From: Adineta vaga
Lineage: Eukaryota; Animalia; Rotifera
Length of the DNA stretch: 64,000 nucleotides
Direction of reading: 5' to 3'
Assembly (NCBI GenBank): GCA_021613535.1
Contig: CP075495.1
Location: 15,748,001-15,812,000, forward strand
Shown: piece by piece, positions 37,164 to 52,779 of the stretch
Position numbering within the stretch: the first letter of the stretch is position 1
Layout: each line of letters opens with the position of its first letter
Translations under genes and position numbers: made by a program
The notes under the pieces: model-generated
What the model saw: the letters and a program-made list of their open reading frames with translations, nothing else
Told to the model about the DNA's origin: nothing
Database searches by the model: none

Positions 37164-40100
37164 CGTTTAATCAAAATCATTGTTTAACCTAAAAGAAAGA
37201 AAGGAAAGAATTTTTTCTTGTTCTTTTCATATAAATTCTTATCGAAGTAAAAAAATGATTACAAATATTCATTGATTGAAAAACAAAAGTTGTTAAACAG
37301 CATATAATAATGAATGAAAACAATTCTCCTTGAAAAGACGAACTAATTTTGTATTTGATAAAAGAAAATATTTTTATATTCAGAAGAAAAAAAAAAGTAA
37401 ATGTAGAAGAAAAATGTGATTTTGATTTCTAAATTGAAATGACATGTCATTTTCTCTTTTGATGAATCTTCTCTTTCGTTGTCTTTCAGAAATCAATATG
37501 AAAAAGTCAACTCATTTTCTCCTTTGATTCGTTAAACATAAAAGAAAAGGATTTTTTTGACAAATCATTGCTTCAAGCTTAGTTTCTGTCACATTTCATT
37601 GAATTGATTTGAAATCTTATTTTAAAATAATTTAATAAAAGAAAAAAAGAACTTCATTTTCTTCTCTTAATAATTAGTTAATATTTTTCCTGAAGAAATT
37701 TCAATAGAAGTCATTTTATTTAATATTTAATGGAGAAAAAAAAAGTGAACAAGATAAGCCGATCTACTTATATTATTTGAGACTATTCTCATGAGAATAT
37801 CTTGTTTATCGTCTTTTTTTTTTGTAGAAAAGCAAGTAAAAAAAAATGTAATTTTCTTTAGATGTTTAAAATATTCTCATAATACTTTTTCTTTTCTATT
37901 TAAAATAAAAAAAATAACTTATTTTAATTATATAACAAACAATACAATTTCTTTTACTTTTTTAACATATCTTATTCTTTCTTTTGTGTTTCAAATAGAA
38001 ATTAAAATAATTTGGTAAAAAAAGAAAATATGTCAATAAATGATCTAATAAAGAAAATCTTATTATCTCATTTATTTGATTTCTATTCTATAGAAAGAAT
38101 TTATTTATTCTCTTTTGGAATTTCATACGAACAAAGAATCTTTCAAGTTTTTTGTTTTACTTAATGAGTATGTTTATTCAACAATTTTTGACAATTGAAT
38201 TGTAAAAAATTGTTCAAATAGAGATATTTTATTAATTAGACAAAATTCTTACTTTGAAAACTAATTGATAAAATTCTTCTGTCTTTTTTTATTGTAAAAA
38301 GAAAAAAGAATCAACAATGAATGTTAACAATGATAAACATCAACTAATATTGTTCTCTAAAGAAAAACTCTTTCTTTTTCTTCTTCTTCTTCTTCTCTTT
38401 TCCTCTTAAGAGAAAAGAAGGATGAAAAACATAGCTTTATTCCCGTATTTGACGTATGCTAATATAAGAATGTCTCAATAAAGAATTCTTCTAAGCTTTC
38501 GTCAATAACGGAAAATGAATAAAATACGGAAGTTCTACTCACGCGTTTTCTCTTCTACTTTACAACAATTTCGTATCAGAATTATTGCAGTTTTTTTTTT
38601 TCTTTTAGTAAAACTTTTTCTTGAAAGATTAATTATATTCTTTGTTTACAAATAGCAACTAAAGACCTTTGAAAAATAAATGTCATTAATAATGATATTT
38701 TTCCATTAGATTATTAGAAATAGAATAAGACATTTCATTAATATTTAGATAAATATGTCATAACTACAAACTTCCTGCTATTAGAAATCTATCTATAGAA
38801 TATCATAGAATAAAACTTTTTCTTCTAATTCTTTCTAAATTATAATCTTTAATGTCTTTTTCAAGGAAAATATTCTTATTAATTAGTAAAATCTCTTTAT
38901 AGATTTTGATAATAATAAGATTAATACTTTAAGAATTTCTTTCAAACTAATCTATGATTTAATCTTTCGACATGAATTCATTTCATTTATCAATATTTTA
39001 TCTGATACAAAGATTTTGTTTATTACACATCAAAAGCATATTCTATTAAATATGCACGAAAAAACAATATCACTAAGATTATTTTTCTTCTTATGAAATT
39101 TCTTTTATTACATTTTCAAATTATTTCTGAGATTTATTTTTTTTTATAAAAGTCTGATCATGATGATAATAAACTTTTATATTAATCAGATAAAAATATT
39201 AATAATCGTTATATATGAAAGATATTTTTTCCGTTATAGGAAAAAACCCGATTTTACAAGCATAATTTCATTACCGACGGATTACAACTACAGACAATAT
39301 CATATTAGAAACATAGACTATCGTCGTAAACAGATGATAAAATAACCATTCTGATGGAAGATTTAATTGAATTATTTAAGAGAAACGTTTGCTGAATTTG
39401 ATCTAAGGACATAATGGACTATTGATGATTGTTAATGATAATAAATGATGAAATTTAACTAAACAATTTCTATTCTAATGTTCATTATGAAAAAGAGAAT
39501 TGTTCGAATTGAAATGATCAATTTTATTTTCTTTATCCTTCACTAATCTTGAATGGATATTCAATAGATCTAAATAGAGAAGCAATTAATAATTACTGAG
39601 ACAAAAGAAATCTTTTTTTATCTAACGGTTCATTTTAATCACGTATAGAAAATATAAACAAAAAGGATATTTCAATCAACTTTTGAAGTACATTGTTTTG
39701 AATTTTATCTACTAAACAACGTTACTAAATTAACATACTTCAATGTCTAAGCCCTCTTTATTATAAATATTTTCTTTTTACTGTACTAAATGAAAATAGT
39801 TCATTCATGTTCTACATTGTAGTATCAACATTAAGTATAGATAGATAAAAACTGAATAACTAACTATTAAATACAAATTTATCATCATCTTTTTATCACT
39901 ATAATATCGTTAAATCGCCATAGATATCTTAATACCAATACTCTGAGTATCGAAATCCAAACGTCACGATACTCTACGGGGTAATCAACCAAAGTCACGG
40001 TGTACTCTTTTGATAAATGTCATTATCCAATAGTTAAAACATTGAATATAAGTTCATTTGATAGAATATGTTTTTGACGAGGCGTATTCAATATGATATC

Positions 40101-40504
40101 TCATTCTTTATTCGCTGTATTTAGATTATGTCTAGGGGTAAGGGTATTATGACATCTCTCTGTACTTGACATATCTATTTTGATTAAAAGAAAAGAATTA
40201 TGATTAGAATTAAAATATTCAAATACATCGAGTTGATTGAAGGAAAATTAACTTTTCGCTATTGAATTAAAATTTGATATAATTCATACAATATAAAAGA
40301 CAATGTTCAATATCAATAAATGATAAATATTATAAGCATGAATTACCGTCCTCATTACGATTTAATCTCTTCTCCATTGATTTATCTTTGATTCAATAAT
40401 ATATTCTAACTGAGTATTAATATGAATATTCTACAGATAAATTAGAAATTCTTTTATTTTTGATATTAATAATCAATTTAGATTAAAAACAAAACAAACA
40501 TTTC

Positions 40505-42330
40505 TTATTTCTTTTGAGATTTTCTTGATGAACACCATGAAAAACATCCAATCGTTTTTCTTTGTTTAGTTTTCGATTGTTGAGATAAAATCTAAAATGA
40601 AATTAATTTAATTATGAAAAACAAAGAATATTCTCATTGAATGAAAACAAACTTCATTTGTTCCAATCCAAAGATGAATTGAATTTGAATCAATTGTAAA
40701 TGTAAAATTGGAATGATGTAAAATATTTTCAATAAAATTCTGATTAATTGTTATAATTGATGTATCACAATAAAATAAAACAATTGATAAAGTTGAAGAA
40801 AATAATTTTAAAATATTTTCAAAATCTTCATTCGATTTAATTTTAATTTGTAAACGTTGAATTTGTGGGAAAATTTCATTTAAAATTTCAATTGATGAAA
40901 ATGATTTAATTTCACGTGATAATTCAATTGAATGAATTTGTTTTAAAGAAATATTTTTTTTATATTTATTAAATAAAAATGGAATATCATAAAATTGTAT
41001 TGATTTTAAATTCATCATTTTAGAAATTAAATTAACAAAATTTTCTAATGAAATTTCAATTTTTGATGAAACAAAAACTAAACGTTGTATTTGATTAAAA
41101 TTAATAATCATTTCTAAATTCATTGTTAATTGATCATCAACAAGCCAAAGTTCTTTAACATTTGGAAAACGATGAGTTGTTTCTCCCCATACAGCAAGAG
41201 AATTAATATGATTATAAAAAATGAAATTATTCTTTGTTGTACAATTTAATGGAGGACGAAAATTAGAATCAGCTGATTCACATGAATATCTTGGAATTGT
41301 ATAAATTAATCGTTGATTCCATTCAATTGCAATAAACCATTGTTTTTCATTTAACCAATATGAAGTTGAATAGGAACGAAGAATATTTTGAATACCATTT
41401 GTATTTATCATCATTGTTGAACGAAATTGAAATTTAAAATTAAATCTTTTTAAATTTATTAAATTTTCTTTAAGAAAATTTTCCCATTGATAACCATCAC
41501 ATAAATCAAAATCACTTCGACATTCAATTTCCAAAAAAATTAAATTTGGAAAACAATTTAAAAAATCTTTCATATGTTCCATATTCATTGCAAATTCTAT
41601 TGATAAATCTTAATTTAAAAAGTTCTTTTAAGATTAATAAAAAGAACTTACGTGTCATATTAACAATTAATCGAGTTAATTTTGATCTCGAATTTTGAAT
41701 AATTCCTCCATTTTCTCGTTCTAAACAAATATTTAATGAAAGTAAATTTGGTGAATGATTTAAAAGATTTTCTAATTGATTAAATGTACATGAATTTGTT
41801 ATTATTAAAGATTTTAATTTACTAAATAATGTTAAATTATGAAAAAAATATTCAGATGAAACATTTAAATGATTTAATTGAGAAAATATTGTTTTTAATA
41901 TTACAGAAGATATAAATGGAATATTAATTAAATTTAATGATGATAAATTAATAAAATAATTTAAATGATTAATCATTTTTTCCATTGATTGAATATTTAT
42001 ATCATAAAGTATTAAAGATTGTAATGAAAAATAAAATTCTTCGAATTTAAATAAAGATAAAAATATATTTGATTGTTTAGGTGTATCGAATTTATCGGAT
42101 AATATTAAAGATTTCATTTGATTTGGACGAATTATTTTACAAATTAAATCAAAATCTGATTTTAATATCGAATGAAAATTGATTTGATTAAAATTATAAT
42201 TTGAAATAATTGAATCAATATACAAATTTTGTTTATAAAATCCATAAAGAATATCACAAATTGAAAGATAATCAAAGATCATTTCAATGATTTCAACGGG
42301 AAATAAATTAAAGAGAAAATCTTGCATCAT
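40505..42330 (-). CDS. F-box/LRR-like protein, 3 exons
   Basis: FNLFPVEIIEMIFDYL; DGYQWENF; F/Y.T.YWL.EKQWF; YTIP; LWIG. Last exon ends IGCFSWCSSRKSQKK*. Confidence 0.85.
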
Positions 42331-42493
42331 TCGACTTTTAAGTTGATTATTTTGTTGTTTGCATTAATAAAAAATGACAATTAGGATTTTCTTTACTTAT
42401 GTTCCAATGAAATATCATTGATTTATAGATGTCGTCATATTATTTATTATACAAAAATAAAGAAAGAACAATTATAAAAATCTGATTAATAAC

Positions 42494-44260
42494 TTATTGA
42501 AGACAACAGAATAACCATGATGAATTATCTTCATTTGACTATAAACAAAAGAAAAAAAGAAATAGATCTTTTTAAAGTAAAAGAAAAGAAAATACTTTTT
42601 TATCACCAATCCATAAATGTATATCTTGATGATAGAATAAATTTGTAAAGTTATGATTAGAATTTAAACGTACACTATGTTTTATAAACCATTCTTGTGT
42701 TAATTGTTTTGGCCATTTTGGAAAAATATCAAAATATGAAATTGGATGACATTTTTCAAATTTTGCAATAGATAAATATTTCAGTCCATCGATTAGATCA
42801 AGCATTTCATTGGAATTATGAATTGATATACATAAACGTTCAAGTCGAGGATAAACACGACATAATTGTTTAAGAGGAAAGAATAATTTATTATTACATT
42901 CATCAAAAGTATGACGTGCTGTTAAACTACGAATTTGTTCGAAAATAATATTGTCTGGAATATAATAAGTTGACCATCGACCTTGAAATGAAAGTGAATG
43001 AATATGAGGTAATTGATTTAAGAGATTAGCAAAAGATAATGTTGATAAATTATTATCAAAATCAGATTTTCCTTTCAAATTAAGTGTTGTTAATTTAGTG
43101 AAACGATTTATGTCCAGAAGAATTCGTGAGATATTTATGCTTCGAACATATTGATCAAAAGGAAAATTTGATAATGTACATAATAATTGATAGTTAGAAT
43201 AAAAATTGATATCAATCGGTGCAAAACGTGGTACTGTAAATATCGAATACGATGAGATTTGATTATCATAAGCAACAAACCAACGTTTTTGTTCAAGCCA
43301 AAACGATGAACGAAATGATTGAAATTGTTTTTCATATATATTTGTTGCTTTCTCATATATAGTAAATCGAAAGTCAAATATAAACAAATGTGAAACAAGT
43401 ACTTCCCATTGTTGACCATTCGGAACATGACTTGCATTTTGAACATCAATTTCAAAATGTTTTAGATTAATTAATTTAGGTAGAAATTGAGATATTGATG
43501 ATAAAATCTCATGATCTAGAATATATCAAATAATATATTGTATGAATTATATAATTTCTATAAAGATTATATATTTACCTGTTGTTTTCAGAAATAAACG
43601 TTTCAATTGAAACCAAAATAATTCAGAATTAGACCAATCTATAGAAAGAATCAATGATAATGAAAGTGTTAAATCTAATGAACGAAGATTAGGCATTGTA
43701 TTAATAGAAAGATATGATAATGGTGATCGTTCATATTTCGTTAATTTAAGATAACGTAATTGAGCCATTTTAATATTAATAATATCTGATGTATCTGTTA
43801 CGAATCGACGTAGTTGAGGATATAATTTTTGTATATCATCAATTGAAGTTATTCGATATGTTATTGGTAAAATCATTGATAATAAACGCTTGAGTTTATA
43901 AAGATTTGTCAATTGTTTATTTGTTTTATCACTATTTGAAACGATTTCGATGGATTGAAGATTAACAAATTGTTCAATATTAAAATAAGAGAAAAAAAGA
44001 TCACATTGATCAGGTGTTTCATCATCATCTACTAATGTTAGAGAGATAACTTGATTTGGTCGAATCAATTCACATACAAGATCAAATTGAAATTTAAGTA
44101 CATGCCGAAAATTTAATATATAACGATCATAATTATTTACAATATTATTTAGATATTCATTAACATCTCGAAATGATTGTAATATTTCATATGCTTGGAG
44201 ATATTCAAAGATATTGTGAATTAATTCAACAGGAAGATTATTTAAAAGACATGAAGACAT
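42494..44260 (-). CDS. F-box/LRR-like protein, 3 exons, tandem paralog ending in CCLQ
   Basis: LNNLPVELIHNIFEYL; NGQQWE; FRSSFWLEQKRWFV; FTVP; LWIG. Last exon SNEDNSSWLFCCLQ*. Confidence 0.85.
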
Positions 44261-44856
44261 ATTGAAATCAACTTGAATTTGTTCGTCTTAAAATACGTAA
44301 GTTATCATTGATAAAAACTTTATTCTTAAATGAAAACACATTTTCTTTTCACTATAATATCTTTTATCAACATTAAGATAAGTTATCTTTCAGACTAAAT
44401 ATTATACAAAATCAATTTTTGTATATACTTAAAAAGATTGATTAATCATTGTTTGACGTTCATTATTACTATGTTTATTCATCTTTCTTATGAATAATTT
44501 AAACTTAAAGATATTCAATAAAATAATACTCGAGAAAAACTGAGATTTTCTTTAACAATTTGTTGTAAAATTATACACTGAACTTTATATATTCAGATCC
44601 AAATTTTAATAGGAATTTGTCTATAATGAAGTATTTAACAATTGATCAACTGAATTTAAAAAAGAATGCTCTTTGAAATGAAATAGATTTTTTATTGCAA
44701 CTACAAGTATGAATGAACAAAGAACAAGAAACAGAAAAGTTCACTATAAAGTTTTATAGTATGAGATGCTGTAAATTAACAGATCATTCCATATTTCATT
44801 ATGTCAACGCCCGTGGTCGTTGATAGTTCACATGGAATAGCTCCATCATTTTTGTG

Positions 44857-44978
44857 ACCCAGGTCGAACCGTACACGCCCGGAATACTGCTTCCATGTTC
44901 CAGCGATTTCCGGCGATCTTCCCGCATCTTTCCAGCCAAATCCCATGGAATGCGATGGTCGGTATTATCGTTCTTGGT
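44857..44978. mobile_element. Short GC-rich MITE remnant
   Basis: Degenerate inverted ends ACCCAGGTCGAA / ATCGTTCTTGGT; GC-rich island in AT-rich flanks. Confidence 0.45.
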
Positions 44979-46002
44979 ATTTGGAAATAAAATTCGAGAT
45001 TTTTCGTCATAATTATTAGAAAAATTCATAATAACAACTGCTTGAAGTTTTCCAAAGTATTATTAAGCAAACAATATATAGATAACACAACATTTTAATG
45101 GAGAATACATACTGAACAGCTTCTTCTGGTTTAGTGCATTTTAATGGGCGTGGTCTAAAATGTTTTAGATTCTCAACTAGATCAGACAAATCGACCAAAT
45201 CATCATTTCGATGTGATGAAGAAAATTCATTAAAAGAATTGGTTATACCAGCCATCTGGAAATAGAGAATAGTAATTAATGATCATAAGTAAATTATAAA
45301 TACATAAAATAAAATATCAATTCGAAAAATATAGAGAAATAATACAAAGAACATTCGATATTTTTTATTCATATCTCGTCATTAATTTCTATCTAATTAA
45401 TGTTTCTTACTTCGATTTCGAATATGAATGATGGGAAAATGACAAACATATTCCGAATCGGTCAATCAGAAACAAAATACGATAGATAGCGTTGTATATT
45501 CCACTTTTCCATATGATTTAACGATGAATTTCTGATTCACATCTGGGACTAATTTTAGTAGATAGACGATCTAATTTCCATGTTTAATAAATCATTGTTA
45601 AAAGGCATGTATTAATATACAATCCGACCGTCTTTCCAGGTTATGTTAGAATGAGTATCAATATCGAACGAAATATGATTGAAAAAAATTGTTCAATAAA
45701 TTACGGTTCCCATTACTTACGTCAATTGAAAGGATGAAGATAACATATTTCTTAAATTTCTCTTGCTTTTCTTTTACGATCTACTGTAATCAATACTTGA
45801 AAAATATGTTTGCAAAAGCCTTCTGAATACTATAGATATTTTCAGATTGTTGAAATTCGCAAAAATCATTTGATTATTTCAATAGTTTGAGAGTAAAATA
45901 ACTGTTTATTGACCAAACATTTCTTTTATTATTTTGAAATAAGAATAAAACTGATTAATATAAAAATTCTCTCCTTTTTCTTTCAATTTAAAAGAATTAA
46001 AT

Positions 46003-46969
46003 TCAAACAAGTGTAATTAATTGTTCATCATTTGAACTAATTCCCGTATCTGATTCTTCATTATTTATTAGTTTACAATGATAATTCAATGGAATCAGAT
46101 GATTTGAAGGTTGATTTATTAAATTAGGTTCAACAATAGCTGTTGGACGAGTTGGAACTATTATTATTATAAAATTTTATTTTTAAAAAAACGTCGAAAA
46201 TAAATATTTAAAACTAACCTGTTAATGTTTTAATTGAAATAATTGGAGATAGTTGTTGTTGATCATGAAGATTATCTAAATGAATATTTTCTTGTAAAGC
46301 AAAATCTAATTCTAATTCATCTAATAAAATTAATTTTTGATCAATTTCATAATTAATTTGATGAATTTGTTGATCAAATTGATCAGATAATAAAGTTAAT
46401 TTTCTACTAATAATTAATGTTTGATTAATATTAATAAAAAGTTGATTAAAATCATTTGAATTTTCATTTTTAATATTAGATATTAAAGATAAAATAACAT
46501 TTTCAATATTTTTAATTTCATTATTTAAATGAATAATTGAACGTGAAAGATTTAAATAAATCAAAATATTTTTTTCATTTTCATTTTCATTTAAATCTTT
46601 TATTTGTTTATCTGTTTTATTTAATTGATTTTTTAATTTATTTAATTTTTTTTCTTGTTCTCGAATTAAAATATGTGTTGGAATGATTTCTTCATCACTT
46701 GATCGAAGTGTTAATATAACATTTTCACATTCTCCAGCCCATGAATTCCATAATTTTAAAAGACGACAACGATTTTTTAATGGACGTTCAATACCACGCC
46801 AACATTCATAAATAACAAAATTATGATTAATATCATTTGAATGAGAATCTATTGATAAAGATAATAATATTGCTTGAATTATATCAAAACATGTTGAACG
46901 TTTTGTTAAATTAGAAATCCATTTCACTTTTCCTTTATACCATATTGGAATTTCAATTTCTAATTCCAT
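46003..46969 (-). CDS. RASSF9/RASSF10: N-terminal Ras-association domain protein (RASSF9/10-like), 2 exons
   Basis: IPIW..G..KWIS.LTKRSTC.DII.A, YECWRGIERPL, LLKLW.SW; coiled coil; C-terminal SDTGISS...ITLV*. Confidence 0.85.
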
Positions 46970-48039
46970 TTCTTTTTTATCTAAAAAGAAACCTTGGAAA
47001 GAATATTAAAAGTCCATTTATATTTCGTTGTTAAGCAACAAAAATATGATCAAGAGAAGAATGAAAAGAAATTTATTCTTTTTTTCTTTCTCTTTTGAAC
47101 ATCTCAAATAATGACAACAAATAAGAAGATTTGATTTCACACAAAAATTGAACATTTAGAATGAGTTCAGTTCAGTTCTATTTTGAAAAGAAAAAGACAA
47201 ACCTATAGAAATGTATGTGAAGAACTTGAAATGTGTCTTGAAATAATCTTAGAAAAAACAAAAGAAGACTTATTTTCATTTCTTCAATGATTAAAGAAAA
47301 TCTTCTTCTTCTTCTATTTTCTAAATGACCAATTTTCTAAAGAGAGAAAAAAAAAGAATTTTATCAATGAACACGAACGGAAAAATTCGATTCTTTTTAA
47401 GAAGATTAAAAAAAACACGATATGCACTTATCTTTATTCTTTTACTCTTTCAACTGTTACATCATATTCTTTACATATTAATACTCTTAATGTTCGTTTT
47501 TCGACAAAATATAACTCATAATAAATCTCTTCTGTTTATTCTTACAATAGAAACCTTATCATTTCTCTTTCATATATATATATATATAGGTCAATCTCTA
47601 TATGAAATATAAACAAAGACGATACAATAGAAATCAATCGTAGTTATATTCACTTTCTATTTGAAAGATCATTTCTATCCCAAGGATATATTATTAATTA
47701 ACCTAAACGATTCAATATTATACATCTTGATTGAATTAATCGGATTATTCATACACATCAAGCTTGAAATTTATATTCAATTGAGAATATTTAGCAAGTG
47801 GTGGCGTCAATATGTCGTGATCGGAAAAGACGTCTTTCTAGTGGAGTCGCGGCGTTGGAGACACAAGGTGCCCCCGAAAATTGAAGATTTTAATTGAATT
47901 CAAGTTTCAAGTTTGACACTATACTGGAATCATTGAAATATTTTTCAAAAGCTTTTTCTTTATTTTAATTAAATTCTATTTTCTAAATGTTATTTTACAA
48001 AAATAATTCATTTTTATTATTTGTCAAAGAAATCAAATT

Positions 48040-49544
48040 TTAAAGTATTGGACTATCTTCATCGTCATTAGGATTTTGTAATTGACCAAATGTTTGATCT
48101 ATTTCTGTATTTTCACATTGCCTTTTTCGATTCATAATCATTTGATTTGTTGATGAAGATGAATTAACTTTTTTACAACGGAGTAAACGAAGAAAATATG
48201 GCCAAATAATATTAATTGGCCATAATTTAATTAATTGTTGACGAAATACTTCACCAGTTAATGTATAAATATAAAAATGTATCTAAAATTGGAATTAAAA
48301 TAAGAAAAAAAAAGAAAAAGAAAAAAACTTACAGCATAATTTAAATGTGCAAGTGAAAGAAGAATTGCTGATAATAAATATTTTTTTTCATTAACAAGTT
48401 TTTCTCCTGAATTTGATCGAATAATATCATTAATTTCAGTTGGAAGTGTTAAAACAAGAAATGCTATTGCTGAACCAAGTAACATTAATGTTAATTGACG
48501 ATCTTTTTCATATTTTCTTTTTGATTTTGTTGTACGACAATTATTTCTTCCATTTGATAAATTAATTGATGAATTTGATCGACAAACACGAAAAATAATA
48601 ATTAAATTACAAATACTCATAATTATAAATGGAATAACATTTGTTTTAATAACATCAAAATATGAATCATAAGCAGCAAATAATTGTTGATATGTTAATG
48701 AATCATCACGATGATAACAATATTCAATTGTTTTATTTAATGTTGAATTTGCAGATATAATTACAAATCCATAAAGAAAATGACTATTTAATACAGTTAA
48801 AATAAAAACTAAAATAAATGTTATTGTATATGCTATTTGACGACGACAAAATTGTCGACTACCAACTGGAAATAATACACTTACTGCACGATCAATTGAA
48901 CTAAACAGAAATATTAAGTTCAATTCAAATTATTTTTTTTTATCAAAATTACTTCGTTTTTTCTTCTTCTTATGAAATAAGAAGAAAAAGAACGAAGATA
49001 TGTTTTTCTTTTTTGATAAGATAAAAATAAGAAACAGAATTTTGTTTGATTCTTTGATGGTTTCTTATTGAAAAGAAAATGAGATGATGGATTTTGTCGT
49101 ATCTTATAGAAATCATTTTCCCATCAGTGTCGTATTCAATTTACAATTGAAATCATTATTTTTTCTTTTTTTGAAGAAAGAAAAACCCCTAACTTACCAT
49201 GCTGTTAAAACATAATTAGCCAAATCGAATGCAAAATACATAGCAAAGACAAATATTTTACAAGAAAAATTTGATAAAATAAGTATTTGAATATTATATG
49301 TTGGTAAAACAAAATGAATTAACCAACAAATCATACATAAAAGATCAGCTAAAGCCAAAAATAAAAAATAAATTGAACAAGATTTTTTTCTTAATGCTTT
49401 TCGACGAAAAACAAGACATGATAATGTTCCACCGACAATACCCAAACAAGCTATAAATGGACCAAAACCACGATAAACTATTGCATCAGCATACCAACGA
49501 TAAACATCATTATCAAATTTTGGTATATCCATTGTTTTATTCAT
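48040..49544 (-). CDS. Class A peptide GPCR, 3 coding exons
   Basis: GIVGG, YFLFLALADL, C..F.F, SIDR, IPF..M..CN, FLVLTLP, NYAIHFYIYTLTGEVFR. Confidence 0.9.
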
Positions 49545-49661
49545 TAAATTTCATCTAAACAATTGATTTCTAAAATAAAAGAAAATTTTATAAAATAAAT
49601 AAACAAAAGAAAAATGCGAATGTATATTTATTGAACATCATTGTGTCTCTTGATCTTACCT

Positions 49662-49696
49662 ATTCATTCATTCATTCATTCATTCATTCATTCATT
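49662..49696. repeat. (ATTC)n microsatellite, ~8 units
   Basis: Directly visible upstream of the GPCR coding region. Confidence 0.9.
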
Positions 49697-51439
49697 TGAC
49701 ATTGTCTATAAAGATATTTTTCTTCTCTATGTTTCTGACAACTACATCTTTGGTTTTCTTTTTTCTTTTCTCTTTCTCTCTTAAAGATAGTTGTTAATCT
49801 CCAAGTAGACCGAAAAAAGAAAAAAGAGAGAAACAGTAAAAGTGATCATTAGATGTTATGTTCCAATTAAATAAGAAACAAAACATACCGATTGGAAAAC
49901 AAGACTAGAAGTAAAGGATGTCCTACTATTTCTCTTCTCAAAAGATAATTGGACACAATGGAGCAAAAGAATACTCAACAACAATGCAAATAAACAGGAA
50001 GTCAAATTCTTTTTTCTACCTTTTCATTAGAATATATGAACTAAACATCATTATTAATACCATGTCACTAACATTTCTTTTTTACACAACTTCAACTTTT
50101 ATTCATCCGTTTTTTTTTCAACTAACAATTCTTATATGATTCTTTTTCTCTCTGCTTTTTCTTTTTCTTCTTCTTCAACTTCTTCTACTTATAGATCGTA
50201 TTAATTCAACATGAACAATAAGAATTCATGTAACGTCAAATATAAATCTACTTAAATAAAGCTTCAAATGATTAATAATCACTCGAATTCAATTAATTGA
50301 CAATTGTTAAATATCATTAATTATTTTCTTTCGAAAAAAAAAGAATCAATATATTTCAATATAATAAGAAGTATCGTTACAGTTTTCTCTAATAGAAAAA
50401 ACAAACAAATAAGAAAATAATCATAATATCTTCTTAAAATCAAGTCACGAAATCTAAAGAAAAAATAAATAAACATTGAATCTTTTCTTAATTAATTCAT
50501 CGAACTAAAAATATTGAACCAATCATTTGTTTCTTCTTGATTTTCTTCTTCGTTGAACAAATTTTCTTTTCTGTTTCTCATGTTTAGACTTATTGAACCA
50601 ATCGATAATTGAATTATTAGAACAAAGCAAAAAGGAACGAAAGAATTTTCTCGTTTTCTATTCGAATGAAAATTCCTTTTATTCGATCGATTTGAGAAAA
50701 AGAATACTTCGTCTTTTCTTTATAATTATTTGATAAAAATAGAAAACAAAGAAACTCATTTCATTTGTCAAATTCAAAATAATTTCATTAATAATTCATA
50801 TAACATCAGATGACTTTACACTATTTTTGTCTTTTTCTTATCTTAACCATTTCATTATCCTTGAAATATAAAAATTTATATCGAAATTGATCGATTCTAA
50901 ACATATAATATTTATCAAACTAAATGTGAGATTTACAAATGAAAAAAAAATTCTTTCAAAAATTCAATTATTAACAAAACGAATCAATAATTCAATCAAA
51001 GGGAATAATATTGTTCAATTGTTTGACGAGAAAAAAATTCTTATAGAAAATAATTTAATAAATAAATCGAACGAGAAAATCATTACGATTAATATTATTT
51101 TTCGTTTTGATAAACTAAAAAAAAACAAAAAATTGTTGCCAGCAAACTACTTCTAAACCGTTAATCAAACGCACTTATTCTATCATATACTTTTTTTTTC
51201 ATTTCTAATAGAACAAAGATTCTATAAATAGATTTCTCATTTTGTAACTGCGATAAAGACAATGGTATTAATGACATTGCTTAGTTTTCGTGTTTGAATA
51301 TAATTAAAGATGGCGCTATAGAAAATAATCATGTTTAAAACGACAAATTTAGATTTCTTCAACATTCATCTTCATGACATATATAGTAAAAAAAAATAAT
51401 TGTCGAATAAATATTTTTGCTTCTTTATACTTATATTTC

Positions 51440-51815
51440 GATGTTTTATTGTAATATCAGATCAGAATGAAGAAATTTATTAAGTGCAAAACCTCGAAAT
51501 CAATTCATAGAAAATCTTTTATCATCAATATATGTTTTTGAAATGAAAATTGATTATGAATGCCTTCGCTCAACAATTAATATTAACGAATCTATCGAAT
51601 TAAATTCTAGTTGTTAGATATAAATGATACAGATGACAAAAACAGATACATGACACATACAATCCATCGAGTATAGTTAATCATCGTGATCCATTATCTT
51701 ATCCACGTCTTGAAAATGAAGAAATATTTATTGGTCGTGTAGGAAAACAAAAAATTCCATTTCAAGCAGGAGAATCCCATATTTCTCAACGTGATGAACC
51801 ATGGAATTGATTATA
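51440..51815 (+). pseudogene. Truncated duplicate of the CFAP276 upstream region and first exon
   Basis: Matches ~54435-54970; CGA->TGA at 51808-51810; deletions upstream; homology ends at ~51815. Confidence 0.85.
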
Positions 51816-51959
51816 TTATCGATGTGAAGCTAACAACAATCGATTGATAATAATAATAATAATAAGATTATTAATTAAACTCAATCTTATCCAATATTTG
51901 AGTAAGTCCATTGAAATCTAATCAACAATCTGTTAACATATTCATAGTTTTGTTGATGT

Positions 51960-52180
51960 TTTACGTTTGCCGCTAAAATGAATAAATTTTGTCATCGAAT
52001 TGATTAAGATTGATACTAATAATTGCCATTAAACAACAACAACAACAATTAATTTCAATCCATTCAACTTTTATCTTAAGCATTTTAGAATAACAATTGA
52101 AGGAAATTGCAATTCCTGGAGGATCAATATATATATAACATGATAAATAGTTTCGTTTGCTTTTTCATTTTCATGACTTA
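51960..52180 (-). pseudogene. Possible decayed LITAF-domain gene fragment
   Basis: IDPPGIAISFNCYSKMLKIKVEWIEINCCCCLMAIISINLNQFDDKIYSF* has LITAF-like spacing, but several key Cys residues are missing. Confidence 0.3.
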
Positions 52181-52779
52181 TAATTATAAAAGAAAAGAAA
52201 ATATTCTTCGAAATGATGAGAATAATAAAGAGAGAACGTGAAAATCTCTTCTATAATTATAATACACATTTATCCGATCATTTTATTCAATTTAATATAA
52301 ACAACAACTCACATTTACTTGTGTATAGATGCTGATAAACATATTCATCTTAATGCATGTAAAAAAACATGCATATAATATAATTTTGATCGATTATTTC
52401 TGATTAAAAATTCGATTAAAGAATAATTATAATAATAACATTTGAATTGATTATAAACGATTCTTTTTATTTATAAATCAGTCGGAATTCTACTCTTTCA
52501 TTTATTTATCAGAAATTGAATCAATTTTCTATGATTCTCTATGAGAAAAATCGATTAGCAATGTTCAAAATCAATTTGTTGCATGATTATAATCATCAAT
52601 TAAAATGACACTCATGAATGATATACTAAGATATAATGATGATAAAACTTTGATATTATTTCTTAATGCACTGTGTACATATAATGAACATGTTGGAATC
52701 ATTCAGAAGCACAAAAGCTTGTCGAATAAGATCTTCATTATTAGCAGCAGCAGCACCACCGAATCTATATAAAAAGACA

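Noticed and set aside
39900-40172. Coding-like, higher-GC patch on the minus strand
   Set aside because: Multiple stops and no recognisable motif. The same applies to 13270-13560, 19250-19800 and 45016-45780.
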